Shown here: one piece after another, positions 1 through 7,586 of the stretch | Layout: every line of letters starts with the position of its first letter | Position numbering within the stretch: position 1 is the stretch's first letter | Position numbers and translations under genes: made by a program | Source: Halomicrobium mukohataei DSM 12286 | GTDB taxonomy: Archaea; Halobacteriota; Halobacteria; Halobacteriales; Haloarculaceae | Assembly: GCF_000023965.1 (NCBI RefSeq) | Contig: NC_013202.1 | Location: forward strand, 1,620,001-1,652,000 | Direction of reading: 5' to 3' | Length of the DNA stretch: 32,000 nucleotides | The notes under the pieces: model-generated | What the model saw: the letters and a program-made list of their open reading frames with translations, nothing else | Databases searched by the model: none | What the model was told of the DNA's origin: nothing

Positions 1-30
1 ATTTCTCGACGTCTTCGAGTCGAAGTAGGC

Positions 31-747
31 TCATTCGTTGCCTCCTGGGATCGCGTAGCGGTCGTGTAGTCGATCGAGCGTCCGGTTTGTCGCGACGGTC
101 AACACGAAGTAGATCGCGGTGATCGTGAGGATGACCTCCATCACGGCGGTGCCCCGGCCGGGCTGGAGATAGAGGTTCTCGGCCCGAGTCAGGAGCTCCG
201 CCAGTCCGATCGCGAAGGCGACGCTGGTGTCTTTCAGCACGATCGTGAACTCGTTTTGAAAGCCGGGGATCGAGCGCCGGATCGCCTGCGGGAAGATCAC
301 GTGGCGGATGGCCTGGAGCTTGCTCATGCCGATCGAGCGGGCCCCCTCCATCTGACCTTCGCTGATCGACTGTATCGCGCCCCGGAACACTTGGCTCTGG
401 TAGGCCCCGCTACGGAGCCCGAGCGCCAGCGCCGCCGCGAGAAACGGCGTCACCTGGATGTCGAGCGCCGGCACGGTGCCAAGCTGTGGGATCGGGAGCC
501 CGAAGTACAGCACCACGACGAGCACGACGATCGGCGTACCACGGAAGACGACGCCGACGGTGCCGACCACCGACCGGAGCGAGTCCGGCCCGTACACCTC
601 GATCGCCCCCATCGGGAATCCGGCCAGAAACCCCAGCGAGAGACTGGTGATCGTCAGCAACACCGTGACGATCGTTCCCAGCAGCAGGAAGTCCGCGTTG
701 CTGGCGACGAAGAGCCAATCGCTGCTTTGCAACACGATCCCCGCCAT
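31..747 (-). CDS. Polar amino-acid ABC transporter permease (HisM/GlnP type)
   Basis: 238-aa multi-TM ORF. The segment GARSIGMSKLQAIRHVIFPQAIRRSIPGFQNEFTIVLKDTS matches the EAA-loop region of binding-protein-dependent amino-acid permeases. It starts 5 nt after the stop of the binding-protein gene. Confidence 0.85.
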   Translation of the reverse strand: MAGIVLQSSDWLFVASNADFLLLGTIVTVLLTITSLSLGFLAGFPMGAIEVYGPDSLRSVVGTVGVVFRGTPIVVLVVVLYFGLPIPQLGTVPALDIQVTPFLAAALALGLRSGAYQSQVFRGAIQSISEGQMEGARSIGMSKLQAIRHVIFPQAIRRSIPGFQNEFTIVLKDTSVAFAIGLAELLTRAENLYLQPGRGTAVMEVILTITAIYFVLTVATNRTLDRLHDRYAIPGGNE

Positions 748-752
748 CTATC

Positions 753-1529
753 TCACTCGAACCACTCGCCGACGAGCTCGTCGTATGTACCGTCGTCGCG
801 CAGTTCCGCGAGCGCGTCGTTCAGATCGCTCAGGCGCTCGTCGTCGGGACGCATCCCCATGCCGAACTGCTCGCCGGTGTCGATGACGAACGCGATCGCG
901 ACCGCACGGTCGCCCGCGAAGCTCCCGGCCACGGGCTCGTCGACGATCACGGCGTCGACGTTGCCGTTTTCGAGGTCCTGGGCTGCCAGCGTGTAGTTGT
1001 CGTAGCGCCGGAGGTCGTCTTCGGCGACGAGTCCGTCCTCGACGAGTGCCTCCGCCTCGCCCTCGCCCGTGGTGCCGCCCTGGGCACCGACGCGGACGCC
1101 TTCGAGATCCTCGACCGACTCCGGCTGGAACTCGCCGCCTTCCTGGACGAGGACGGCCTGGCTGGACTCCCAGTAGGGGTCGGTGAAGTCGATCTGCTCC
1201 TGGCGGTCCGGGCCGATCGTCATGCCGGCGGCGATCAGATCGATATCGCCGTCCAGCACCGACGGGATCAGCGACTCGAAGGCGATGTCCTGCCACTCGC
1301 CGACCTCGTAGCCGGCCCGGTCGATGACCGTCTCGGCCAGCTCGATGTCGAAGCCGACCAGTTCGCCGTCCTCGGTGTACTCGAACGGCGGGAACCCGGA
1401 GTTCGTCCCGGGAACGATCGTCTCCGTGTTCTCCTCGCTACTCGAACAGCCGGCGATCGCCGTCGTGGCTCCGAGAGCCCCGACGGTCTTCATGTACGCC
1501 CGCCGATCCATACTGTACGTACGAGCCAT
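753..1529 (-). CDS. Amino-acid ABC transporter substrate-binding lipoprotein (family 3 SBP)
   Basis: Twin-arginine/lipobox N-terminus MDRRAYMKTVGALGATTAIAGCSS. The body GFPPFEY...LVGFDIELA...DLIAAGMTI...IDFTDPYW is typical of polar amino-acid SBPs. The start is ambiguous: ATG at 1529 or 1511. The track start at 1610 is unlikely. Confidence 0.85.
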   Translation of the reverse strand: MARTYSMDRRAYMKTVGALGATTAIAGCSSSEENTETIVPGTNSGFPPFEYTEDGELVGFDIELAETVIDRAGYEVGEWQDIAFESLIPSVLDGDIDLIAAGMTIGPDRQEQIDFTDPYWESSQAVLVQEGGEFQPESVEDLEGVRVGAQGGTTGEGEAEALVEDGLVAEDDLRRYDNYTLAAQDLENGNVDAVIVDEPVAGSFAGDRAVAIAFVIDTGEQFGMGMRPDDERLSDLNDALAELRDDGTYDELVGEWFE

Positions 1530-1655
1530 ACCGATTGATCGGTAGAGCCACTGTTGAACGTTTCGGGCCTGTTCTGGATGGTCTATCATGCCGACGGCGG
1601 TGATCGGCATTTTTCGAGGGCGGGCGAGGGGGTAATCACTCGCGGCTCTGCTTCG

Positions 1656-1670
1656 TATCTGAACACCGCC
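1656..1670 (+). promoter_or_regulatory. Copy 1 of shared 15-nt motif TATCTGAACACCGCC, 63 nt upstream of the ATG at 1719
   Basis: Exact 15-mer also present at 3247-3261 with identical spacing to the ATG at 3310. Both copies lie in divergent intergenic regions and follow a pyrimidine-rich run. Confidence 0.3.
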
Positions 1671-1687
1671 GTCTCCGTGGCGGGACC

Positions 1688-1693
1688 ATTTAT
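1688..1693 (+). promoter_or_regulatory. TATA-like box (ATTTAT) for a leaderless transcript of the 1719 gene
   Basis: AT-rich hexamer 26-31 nt upstream of the ATG at 1719 in an otherwise GC-rich spacer. This is typical haloarchaeal leaderless geometry. Confidence 0.4.
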
Positions 1694-1718
1694 GTTCGCG
1701 CGTACCACACGGGTGAGC

Positions 1719-2564
1719 ATGGAACAGCTATCCTCGTGTTACTTCTGTGGAGCCGCCCTCGACGCCCAGATCGAGCCGTACCAGGTCGTGCCGGCGTCGC
1801 TGGAGCCGACCGACGACCAGCAGCGAGCCGTCTCGCTGTGTCCGAGCTGTCGCCAGAAGCTCGCACACGTCGTCGAGACCGTCGTCGAAGCCAGCGACGA
1901 CGGGGACGCCACCGCGGCCATGGACGACGTGTCGGATCTCGACCCCGATGGAACGCTCCTCGACGACGAGCCAGGCACCGCGACCGGAGTCGACGACTCC
2001 GTGGCCGACGGCCAGTCGACGGACGCGAGCAACGACACGAAACCGGAACCGGAACCGGAACCCGCACACGAGGGGCGATCCGACGACGGTAGTGAGCCGT
2101 CCCAGTCCGACGCCGACGGACAGGCCCAGCGCACGGGGTCGCGTCACTCTCACAACGGGACGGGCGACGAGCAGGGTGTCGATCGCCGCCGCGACGGCGA
2201 GACGCGAACGGACCGTGCCCCGGACGAACGTCGGGCCGAGAGCAGCGAGCGACGCGACGGTGCCGGTCCGCGACGAGACGGCCGGGGCGCAGCCGACGAC
2301 GCCGAGGCCGACCGGACACAGCAGACTCACAGTGCCGGCGACACGGGCGAGGACGACGACGGACCGTCGCTGACGGCACTGGAGTACAACAAGGTGATGC
2401 GACTCCTCCAGAACCGTGAGTTCCCGGTCGAACGCGCCGAGATCCACGACATCGCGACGAGCGCCTACGAGATCAGCGACCGGGAGTTCGACGCGATCAT
2501 CGACGCCGCGATCGAGCGCGGCCTCATCGACGAGGAGAACGGTACGCTCGTGAGCGGCGACTGA
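1719..2564 (+). CDS. Hypothetical acidic protein with N-terminal zinc ribbon and C-terminal wHTH-like domain
   Basis: MEQLSSCYFCG...CPSCRQK gives a CxxC..CxxC pattern. It is followed by a long D/E/P-rich linker containing PEPEPEP, encoded by (CCGGAA)3. The C-terminal helical domain reads LTALEYNKVMRLLQ...IERGLIDEENG. Start chosen at the ATG with an upstream TATA. Confidence 0.6.
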   Translation: MEQLSSCYFCGAALDAQIEPYQVVPASLEPTDDQQRAVSLCPSCRQKLAHVVETVVEASDDGDATAAMDDVSDLDPDGTLLDDEPGTATGVDDSVADGQSTDASNDTKPEPEPEPAHEGRSDDGSEPSQSDADGQAQRTGSRHSHNGTGDEQGVDRRRDGETRTDRAPDERRAESSERRDGAGPRRDGRGAADDAEADRTQQTHSAGDTGEDDDGPSLTALEYNKVMRLLQNREFPVERAEIHDIATSAYEISDREFDAIIDAAIERGLIDEENGTLVSGD

Positions 2565-2570
2565 TCGCGA

Positions 2571-3121
2571 TCACTCGACTCGCTGCGTGTAGGTCACCTG
2601 TTTCTCGGTGAAGCCGTTGTCCTCGTAGAAGCTGCGCGCCCCCTCGTTGGCCCACTCATACGGAAAGTTGTAGGTCTTTACCAGATCGACCGCACGACGG
2701 CGTGCGGTCGACTGGGTAAACGCCTACAACCGTCCGTATCACAGGAGACTTCCAGGTAGTCGACGCCGCGTTCGCGCGCGAGTCGCTCGACGCACTCGAT
2801 GGCCGCAGTACCGTAGCCTCGACTTCTGTGGCCCTGCTCGACGAACAGATCGACGATCTGGAGGTACCTGTCCAGTGCCCGCGAGGGGTGTTCCCCTTCG
2901 CGTACGAGCACCGAGCCGACCGTCCGGCCGTCGACTTCCAGCAGGAAGGCCGTGGTGTCGTCACCGTCGACGTGGTGCTGTGCAATGCCCTCGACGACGT
3001 CCGCCGGATCGTCGTGAGCCAGTTCGTTCAGCTCCGAGTACGGCTCCATCTCGCTGGCCAGCTGGAACCAGTACTCGGCGAGCAGTTCGGCGTCGTCTCG
3101 GGTCGCCTCGACGAGGTCCAT
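2571..3121 (-). pseudogene. GNAT-family N-acetyltransferase interrupted by an 80-bp MITE
   Basis: ORF 2678-3121 carries a GNAT motif-A-like segment, LFVEQGHRSRGYGTAAIECVERLARERG, but ends in nonsense inside the insert. The natural C-terminus EWANEGARSFYEDNGFTEKQVTYTQRVE* is readable at 2571-2655 in another frame. Deleting 83 bp (the element plus one TCA) restores a continuous 155-aa ORF reading ...VDYLEVSCEWANEG... Confidence 0.8.
2659..2738. mobile_element. 80-bp palindromic MITE-like element flanked by a 3-bp direct repeat TCA
   Basis: The two 40-nt halves are inverted repeats with 32/40 matches (TACGGAAAGTTGTAGGTCTTTACC... versus ...GGTAAACGCCTACAACCGTCCGTA). TCA occurs at 2656-2658 and 2739-2741. 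There is no coding capacity, and the element sits precisely inside a GNAT reading frame. Confidence 0.75.
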
Positions 3122-3246
3122 ACGCCGGTCACAGAGCCGTCGTCGATAGCTGTTCTGGTGGTCTGGGAACCGGTCACACGCCAGCCGAGGTAGTGTTCAG
3201 AGAAGCGACGCGAGGGCTTCGGTGCCTGAATGACGCTACTCTCTCT

Positions 3247-3261
3247 TATCTGAACACCGCC
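3247..3261 (+). promoter_or_regulatory. Copy 2 of shared 15-nt motif TATCTGAACACCGCC, 63 nt upstream of the ATG at 3310
   Basis: Identical sequence and identical distance to the start codon as copy 1 (1656-1670). Confidence 0.3.
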
Positions 3262-3309
3262 CAGCCGACTCCCCGAAGGCATACGGACGGGGCCGTCGAA
3301 GGGCCGGCC

Positions 3310-4077
3310 ATGGATCTGCAGACACTCACGGACCGACTGGACGAGCGACTCGACACGGCGGCCTACGCCGATCTGGACGCCAGCCCGAACGGACTCCAGG
3401 TCGAGACCCGCTCGACCGAGATCGAGCACGTCGCCGTCGCCGTCGACGCCGCCGAGGCGACCGTCGAGGCGGCCGCCGACGCCGGGGCCGATCTCCTGGT
3501 CACACACCACGGTATCGTCTGGGGCGGGATGGAGCGACTGACCGGGACCCACTACCGTCGGATGGCTCCCCTGATCGAGCACGGCCTGGGGCTGTACGTC
3601 TCCCACCTCCCTCTCGACGGCCATCCGGAGTTGGGCAACGCCGCCGGAGTCGCAGACCTGCTCGAACTGGACGACCGGGCTCCCTTCGGCGAGGTCGGCC
3701 CGGAGTACATCGGCCAGCGCGGACGGGCAGCCAGCAGCTACACCGCCGAGGACCTCCGATCGTCGCTGGCCGACGAACTCGACACCGCCGGCCAGCCCGT
3801 GCAGGTGCTCGACTTCGGCCCCGACGAGATCGAGGACATCGCGATTGTCACCGGCAGCGGCAGCGACTGGATCGGCGAAGCCGCCGAGGCCGGCGTGGAC
3901 GCGCTCGTGACCGGCGAAGGCAAACAGAAAGCCTACCACGAGGCCCGCGAAGCGGGGCTGACGGTCGTACTGGCCGGCCACTACGCCACGGAGACCGTTG
4001 GCGTCCGATCCCTCGCCGCGCTGCTCGAAGAGTGGGGCCTGACCACGACCTACGTCGACCACCCGACCGGACTGTAA
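3310..4077 (+). CDS. Nif3-like dinuclear metal centre protein (DUF34 / GTP cyclohydrolase 1 type 2 homologue)
   Basis: 255 aa. Motifs seen: SPNGLQVE, DLLVTHHG, LYVSHLPLDGHPELGN, LVTGE...LAGHYATE. This is the characteristic NIF3 pattern. The internal ATG at 3310 was chosen over the Arg-rich 5' extension of the track ORF. Confidence 0.85.
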   Translation: MDLQTLTDRLDERLDTAAYADLDASPNGLQVETRSTEIEHVAVAVDAAEATVEAAADAGADLLVTHHGIVWGGMERLTGTHYRRMAPLIEHGLGLYVSHLPLDGHPELGNAAGVADLLELDDRAPFGEVGPEYIGQRGRAASSYTAEDLRSSLADELDTAGQPVQVLDFGPDEIEDIAIVTGSGSDWIGEAAEAGVDALVTGEGKQKAYHEAREAGLTVVLAGHYATETVGVRSLAALLEEWGLTTTYVDHPTGL

Positions 4078-4129
4078 CGACCACGACGGACCGCATCCCT
4101 CAAGCGCCCTCGGCGGCCACTGTCCGCCG

Positions 4130-4705
4130 ATGGACGCGCCGGTCGAGTTCGACGCGATCGACGATCACGACGACCTGATCGCGTGGTCCCGTGCCTACTG
4201 CAAGCACGCTCGTCGCAAGTGGCTGGTGGACGTGCGCCTCGACCTCGTCGAGTGGACGGTCTCGACGCGGGCCCGCCGCCGCGCCGCCGCGGTCAGACAC
4301 CCCCAGATCGACGACGCCACCGTCGGCGACGCCCTGGACTGGGACGCCGTCCCCGACGCCGACGGCAGGCCGCTCCCCTGTACGCTGTCGCTGACCTGGG
4401 ACGCGTTCCGCGAGTTCTCGCAGGCGGAGTGGGCGTCGACGCTGCGCCACGAGCTGATCCACGTCGAACAGTACCAACACTGCGCCACGACCGGCCACGG
4501 CGCGGCGTTCCGGTGGCGCGCCGAGACACTCGACACCGAGGTCCACTGCCAGACGTTCGCCGACGCGCGCTGGACCTTCGAGTGTCGAACCTGTGGCACC
4601 GTCGTCGCCCGCCGCTACCGTGACTGCCCGTTCGTCCGCGAGTACGACCGCTACCGCTCGGACTGCTGTGGGGCACAGCTTCGATGCGTCGAACGATCGG
4701 AGTGA
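4130..4705 (+). CDS. SprT-like zinc metalloprotease-domain protein
   Basis: HExxH motif in LRHELIHVEQYQH, followed by a Cys-rich C-terminal zinc-ribbon-like region (CRTCG...C...CC...C). Confidence 0.7.
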   Translation: MDAPVEFDAIDDHDDLIAWSRAYCKHARRKWLVDVRLDLVEWTVSTRARRRAAAVRHPQIDDATVGDALDWDAVPDADGRPLPCTLSLTWDAFREFSQAEWASTLRHELIHVEQYQHCATTGHGAAFRWRAETLDTEVHCQTFADARWTFECRTCGTVVARRYRDCPFVREYDRYRSDCCGAQLRCVERSE

Positions 4706-4879
4706 ACCCTGTCGAGGACGAGCATCTACCGGCGTTGCTCCGCGAATCGTTCAGCCGATCTCTCGCGGTGTCCATCTACCGAATCTCCTGTACTGTCGGC
4801 CGTCCATCTGTGACCGATTTCGCCACACGGGGTGGCGAATGTCGTCACGAAGTTATAGCCAACAGTAGCAGGCGAGTTC

Positions 4880-5148
4880 GTTCTGTGGGCATGGTCCAGG
4901 ACCGTCTTCGGATCGTCCAAATGCGGAGCATCGGCCGTGACGAAACCGGGATTCGGCTAGCCGGGCAAATACGCTCACGGATCCGGTTTTCTGAATCCGT
5001 GGCCGAGATGTCGATACTACTGGCCGATAACCTTCGGCGGGGTCGAGCGAGGGGTTTAATCCTCGCGGTCGTGTCTGCTATCATGCTTCCGTGGTTAGGG
5101 CACGGAAGCCACAGCGGGCCGGTGTTGCAGCACCGGGCCCGCGTTTTC
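4880..5148 (+). ncRNA. Candidate structured small RNA (unclassified)
   Basis: Lies in a 590-bp gap where ORFs in any frame are basic and not protein-like. Possible TATA TTATAG at 4853-4858. Stacked hairpins at 4976-5001, 5047-5066 and 5085-5109 (9-bp stem). A further hairpin at 5116-5140 is GC-rich and followed by GCGTTTTCC, which is terminator-like. The boundaries are guesses. Confidence 0.2.
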
Positions 5149-5259
5149 CGAACTGTTGCAGCAGTCCGGGTGACCTCCGTGGCTAATTATTCTCCTACAT
5201 CACAATAATAGTTTCTAAACTTGTAATGTTCTCAATCACATTAACACAGGCAACCAGAG

Positions 5260-5266
5260 TTTATAT
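5260..5266 (+). promoter_or_regulatory. TATA-like box (TTTATAT) for the leaderless wHTH gene
   Basis: Located 27-33 nt upstream of the ATG at 5293. Confidence 0.4.
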
Positions 5267-5292
5267 GACCCACACAACCGATAGACGGCACA

Positions 5293-5502
5293 ATGGCGGG
5301 TCGAAAACCAGACGTAACCGATGAGGAGATCATCGCAGTACTGTCTCAGGCTTCTGATCCTGTTCTATCTACGAACGAAGTTGCCGAGCAGCTACCGATC
5401 AAATCAAATGCGACACAGATCCGACTGAAAGAGCTCCGTTCGGCGGGTCGTATCAGCGGAAAGCAGGCTGGTCGAAGCTGGGTCTGGTGGGTTGATAAAT
5501 AG
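5293..5502 (+). CDS. Small winged-helix DNA-binding protein (haloarchaeal mobile-element type)
   Basis: 69 aa. The pattern RKPDVTDEEIIAVL..SDPVLSTNEVAEQLPI...IRLKELRSAGRISGKQAGRSWVWWV is typical of small halobacterial HTH proteins. The gene is AT-rich and converges on the HEPN gene. Confidence 0.6.
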   Translation: MAGRKPDVTDEEIIAVLSQASDPVLSTNEVAEQLPIKSNATQIRLKELRSAGRISGKQAGRSWVWWVDK

Positions 5503-5522
5503 ATATGTATTAATGGCAGTAT

Positions 5523-7031
5523 TTATTCTATGTCTAAGTCACTCTTTAATATATCTTCTTCAGACAGTTCCTCTTTCATTAGCGAGTGAGCGAATCCTAT
5601 TATTTCACTGGACTCATTCTGGGAGACAGTTTCCATATCATGGACTACGTTATTGCGCTTTTTTCTCATTTTATTAAGCGAATCGTATTGGGTATTTGAT
5701 ATGGCGTTGCTCATTTCCAAAACCTCAATTTTATGCGTAGAAGTCCAATTTGCACTAGAGGTCACCTTCTTTCGCCGGTCGTGATTTACTCCAACTGTAT
5801 TTTTAAGATGAGAATCTAAAAATTGGTTAATATGTTGTTCTATAGCGATCCAAGTCAGGAGGTAAGATTGTCTAAATTCTCCATTTTTATGATGAGTGTA
5901 TGCCTGGAGTAGCGATTTTGCTTTTTCCTGCAAATCCTCATCGGCACATATCGACTCTGCCAAATCAACGACGGCTTCCAAAGTTTCGGTCTCAACTATA
6001 TCGCGAGATACCAGATCTCTTGAACGGAAATGATCTTCATTTTGGACATTATAATATGGTTCGATGATTTTCCGCTCAATTCGTTCAGGAGATCCAATAG
6101 GACGTATCTCAGTTGTATCGTCCTGGGATTCAATTCTGACTTCTACAAGATCATCAACTGTCGCAGCTAGGAATGGTTCAGTAGTGTATAGGGATGCTGA
6201 AAAGATAGAATTTAGTATATTTAATGCCTTCTGAGGATCAGACTCGTCGACACAAATAAATCCATCTTGTCGAATATATACATCTATTTCCTGTATATTT
6301 AAATTCAACTGAGCTTCCTTCTCACGATTTGGCTCATTTAGAATCTTATCTTTGAACGATTGCTCTGGTTCAGAGCCAACCCAAATCGGTTTGTAAAAAT
6401 ATGTACCCAACCCATCGCGGTCCCTCTCTGGAGGTGATGAATCCGGTTCTTCGGTCGATCTATCTTCATCAACCGAGTCAAATAAACCCTCTAATTGAAC
6501 AATAGAGATATCTGTTGGGTCTAATTCCAAAATGTCGCCTATTATCACATAGCCCCAGCCGAACCGCCCAAGATCGAGTTGGGTGTATGCACTTTTATCA
6601 TAGTCTTGGAATATTGAGTCTTCTACGGTTTCAACGAAAACTGAAAATAAGTCTCTTAACAGGCGGCGACGCTTCACTAAACCAGTACCATCGACGTCTC
6701 GTCTATGTGATATGCGGCTTTTTTCGACCGGTTGCTGCCACCGCGGAGATTCCAAGACTGAATCTGCCTCTTCTATAAAGTTTTTACCATCAAAGGGACC
6801 ATTTATGATGATTTCAAAATCATCCCGGTTGTCGTCATGAGTCTTGACAAGGGCGTAAGCGGGTATAGGGTCCTCAATATAGAATATCTCTAATTGGATT
6901 GGTTTCCGAAAATCCATCCCTCTATATGTTTTAAATATCCCATCCATTTCTTCGACATCTTCTGGATAATATTCTTCAAAATCACTTACTAGGTCCTCTA
7001 AATAATCCTCCAACTCAGACTCACTGGACAT
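5523..7031 (-). CDS. Large protein with C-terminal HEPN-like (Rx4H) module and an uncharacterised N-terminal region of about 370 aa
   Basis: 502-aa uninterrupted ORF in AT-rich DNA, where long ORFs rarely arise by chance. The C-terminal all-helical region reads FRQSYLLTWIAIEQHINQFL...YDSLNKMRKKRNNVVHDMETVSQNESSEIIGFAHSLM. It contains RNNVVH, which matches the HEPN Rx4-6H signature. Confidence 0.65.
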   Translation of the reverse strand: MSSESELEDYLEDLVSDFEEYYPEDVEEMDGIFKTYRGMDFRKPIQLEIFYIEDPIPAYALVKTHDDNRDDFEIIINGPFDGKNFIEEADSVLESPRWQQPVEKSRISHRRDVDGTGLVKRRRLLRDLFSVFVETVEDSIFQDYDKSAYTQLDLGRFGWGYVIIGDILELDPTDISIVQLEGLFDSVDEDRSTEEPDSSPPERDRDGLGTYFYKPIWVGSEPEQSFKDKILNEPNREKEAQLNLNIQEIDVYIRQDGFICVDESDPQKALNILNSIFSASLYTTEPFLAATVDDLVEVRIESQDDTTEIRPIGSPERIERKIIEPYYNVQNEDHFRSRDLVSRDIVETETLEAVVDLAESICADEDLQEKAKSLLQAYTHHKNGEFRQSYLLTWIAIEQHINQFLDSHLKNTVGVNHDRRKKVTSSANWTSTHKIEVLEMSNAISNTQYDSLNKMRKKRNNVVHDMETVSQNESSEIIGFAHSLMKEELSEEDILKSDLDIE

Positions 7032-7196
7032 ATAACCTTCAGATGAAACTTGACCGTATAGTATTTTCCATACAGTTAATATATTCTATGTTTTTATGAT
7101 GCTAACATCAGGCTGCACTGCGGCGAGGCCGGGATCGTCAAGGTCGTCTCACTGTCTCCAAACGTTGGGAGACTAGCTCTATAGAATATATCGGGT

Positions 7197-7586
7197 TTAT
7201 AAGAGTGAGAACGTGAGGATACTCACTACACTCACTCCGAATATCGTAATATCTGGGATGCCATCTAAAATTTTCTCGTGTAATGTCTTTCTCTCCGCAA
7301 TGAGCTCCGCTCGTTGCTTTTGTTTTATCTCAGAAGCTATCTCGTCAATCGTCTCCTCGACGCCCGGATCTAAAGCATCATATTGCTCTAATGTCTGGCG
7401 CTTGGATCTCAATTCTCGCGAAGCTGCACGGCATTGTTCCAGTTGCAGTTCTTGAGAGCTTGTTGGTGGTCTATCTCGAGACCGTCGTAATTCGGCTATT
7501 TCATCCTCAGAAAGGCCGATCTGCGACATACTCTCATCTATAATCCATGATCTAATAAGTCTGGCTTCAGGACTATATATCAGCAA
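7197..7586 (-). CDS. Coiled-coil protein with C-terminal transmembrane anchor
   Basis: The central region is rich in heptads of charged residues (ELQLEQCRAASRELRSKRQTLEQ...KQKQRAELIAERKTLHEKI). The C-terminus ITIFGVSVVSILTFSLL is hydrophobic. It is co-directional with and upstream of the HEPN gene. The start may instead be the internal MSQIGL at 7529. Confidence 0.5.
   Translation of the reverse strand: MLIYSPEARLIRSWIIDESMSQIGLSEDEIAELRRSRDRPPTSSQELQLEQCRAASRELRSKRQTLEQYDALDPGVEETIDEIASEIKQKQRAELIAERKTLHEKILDGIPDITIFGVSVVSILTFSLL

Noticed and set aside
256-1296. Long ORFs (256-996 plus strand, 748-1296 minus strand, and others) overlapping the ABC transporter genes
   Set aside because: Their composition is Arg/Pro/Ser-rich and basic, which is typical of off-frame shadow ORFs in high-GC DNA. 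The alternative frames give clear transporter motifs.
1690-2447. Multiple 100-240-aa ORFs on both strands across the 1719-2564 gene
   Set aside because: These are shadow ORFs with R/P/S/T-rich products. Only the plus frame starting at 1719 gives an acidic halophile-like protein with a zinc ribbon and a TATA box.
4697-4718. Possible degenerate att copy (CGGAGTGAACCCTGTCGAGG) at the SprT stop codon
   Set aside because: Only GGAGTG and CGAG are shared with the tRNA end, and an indel is required. This is indistinguishable from chance.
5165-5183. Possible degenerate att copy (GGGTGACCTCCGTGG) exactly at the GC-to-AT transition
   Set aside because: It matches GGGACCGCCG at 8/10 with poor flanks. 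The position is suggestive, but this is too weak without comparative data.
4860-5190. Possibility that the structured region is RNase P RNA or SRP (7S) RNA
   Set aside because: I could not find the universally conserved motifs on either strand. These are GGAAAGUCC and ACAGAA..CGGCUUA-type CR-I and CR-V for RNase P, and a GGAA-tetraloop helix 8 with CAGGUCCGGAAGG.AGCAGC for SRP. The length is also short for RNase P.
4684-5208. 174-aa plus-strand ORF spanning the hairpin-rich gap
   Set aside because: The product is strongly basic and R/S-rich, with no halophilic signature. The region is better explained as non-coding structured DNA or RNA.
5492-5677. 61-aa plus-strand ORF and 6515-6778 87-aa ORF antisense to the HEPN gene
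   Set aside because: Both are embedded antisense within a 502-aa ORF. Their hydrophobic or odd composition is typical of AT-rich antisense frames.
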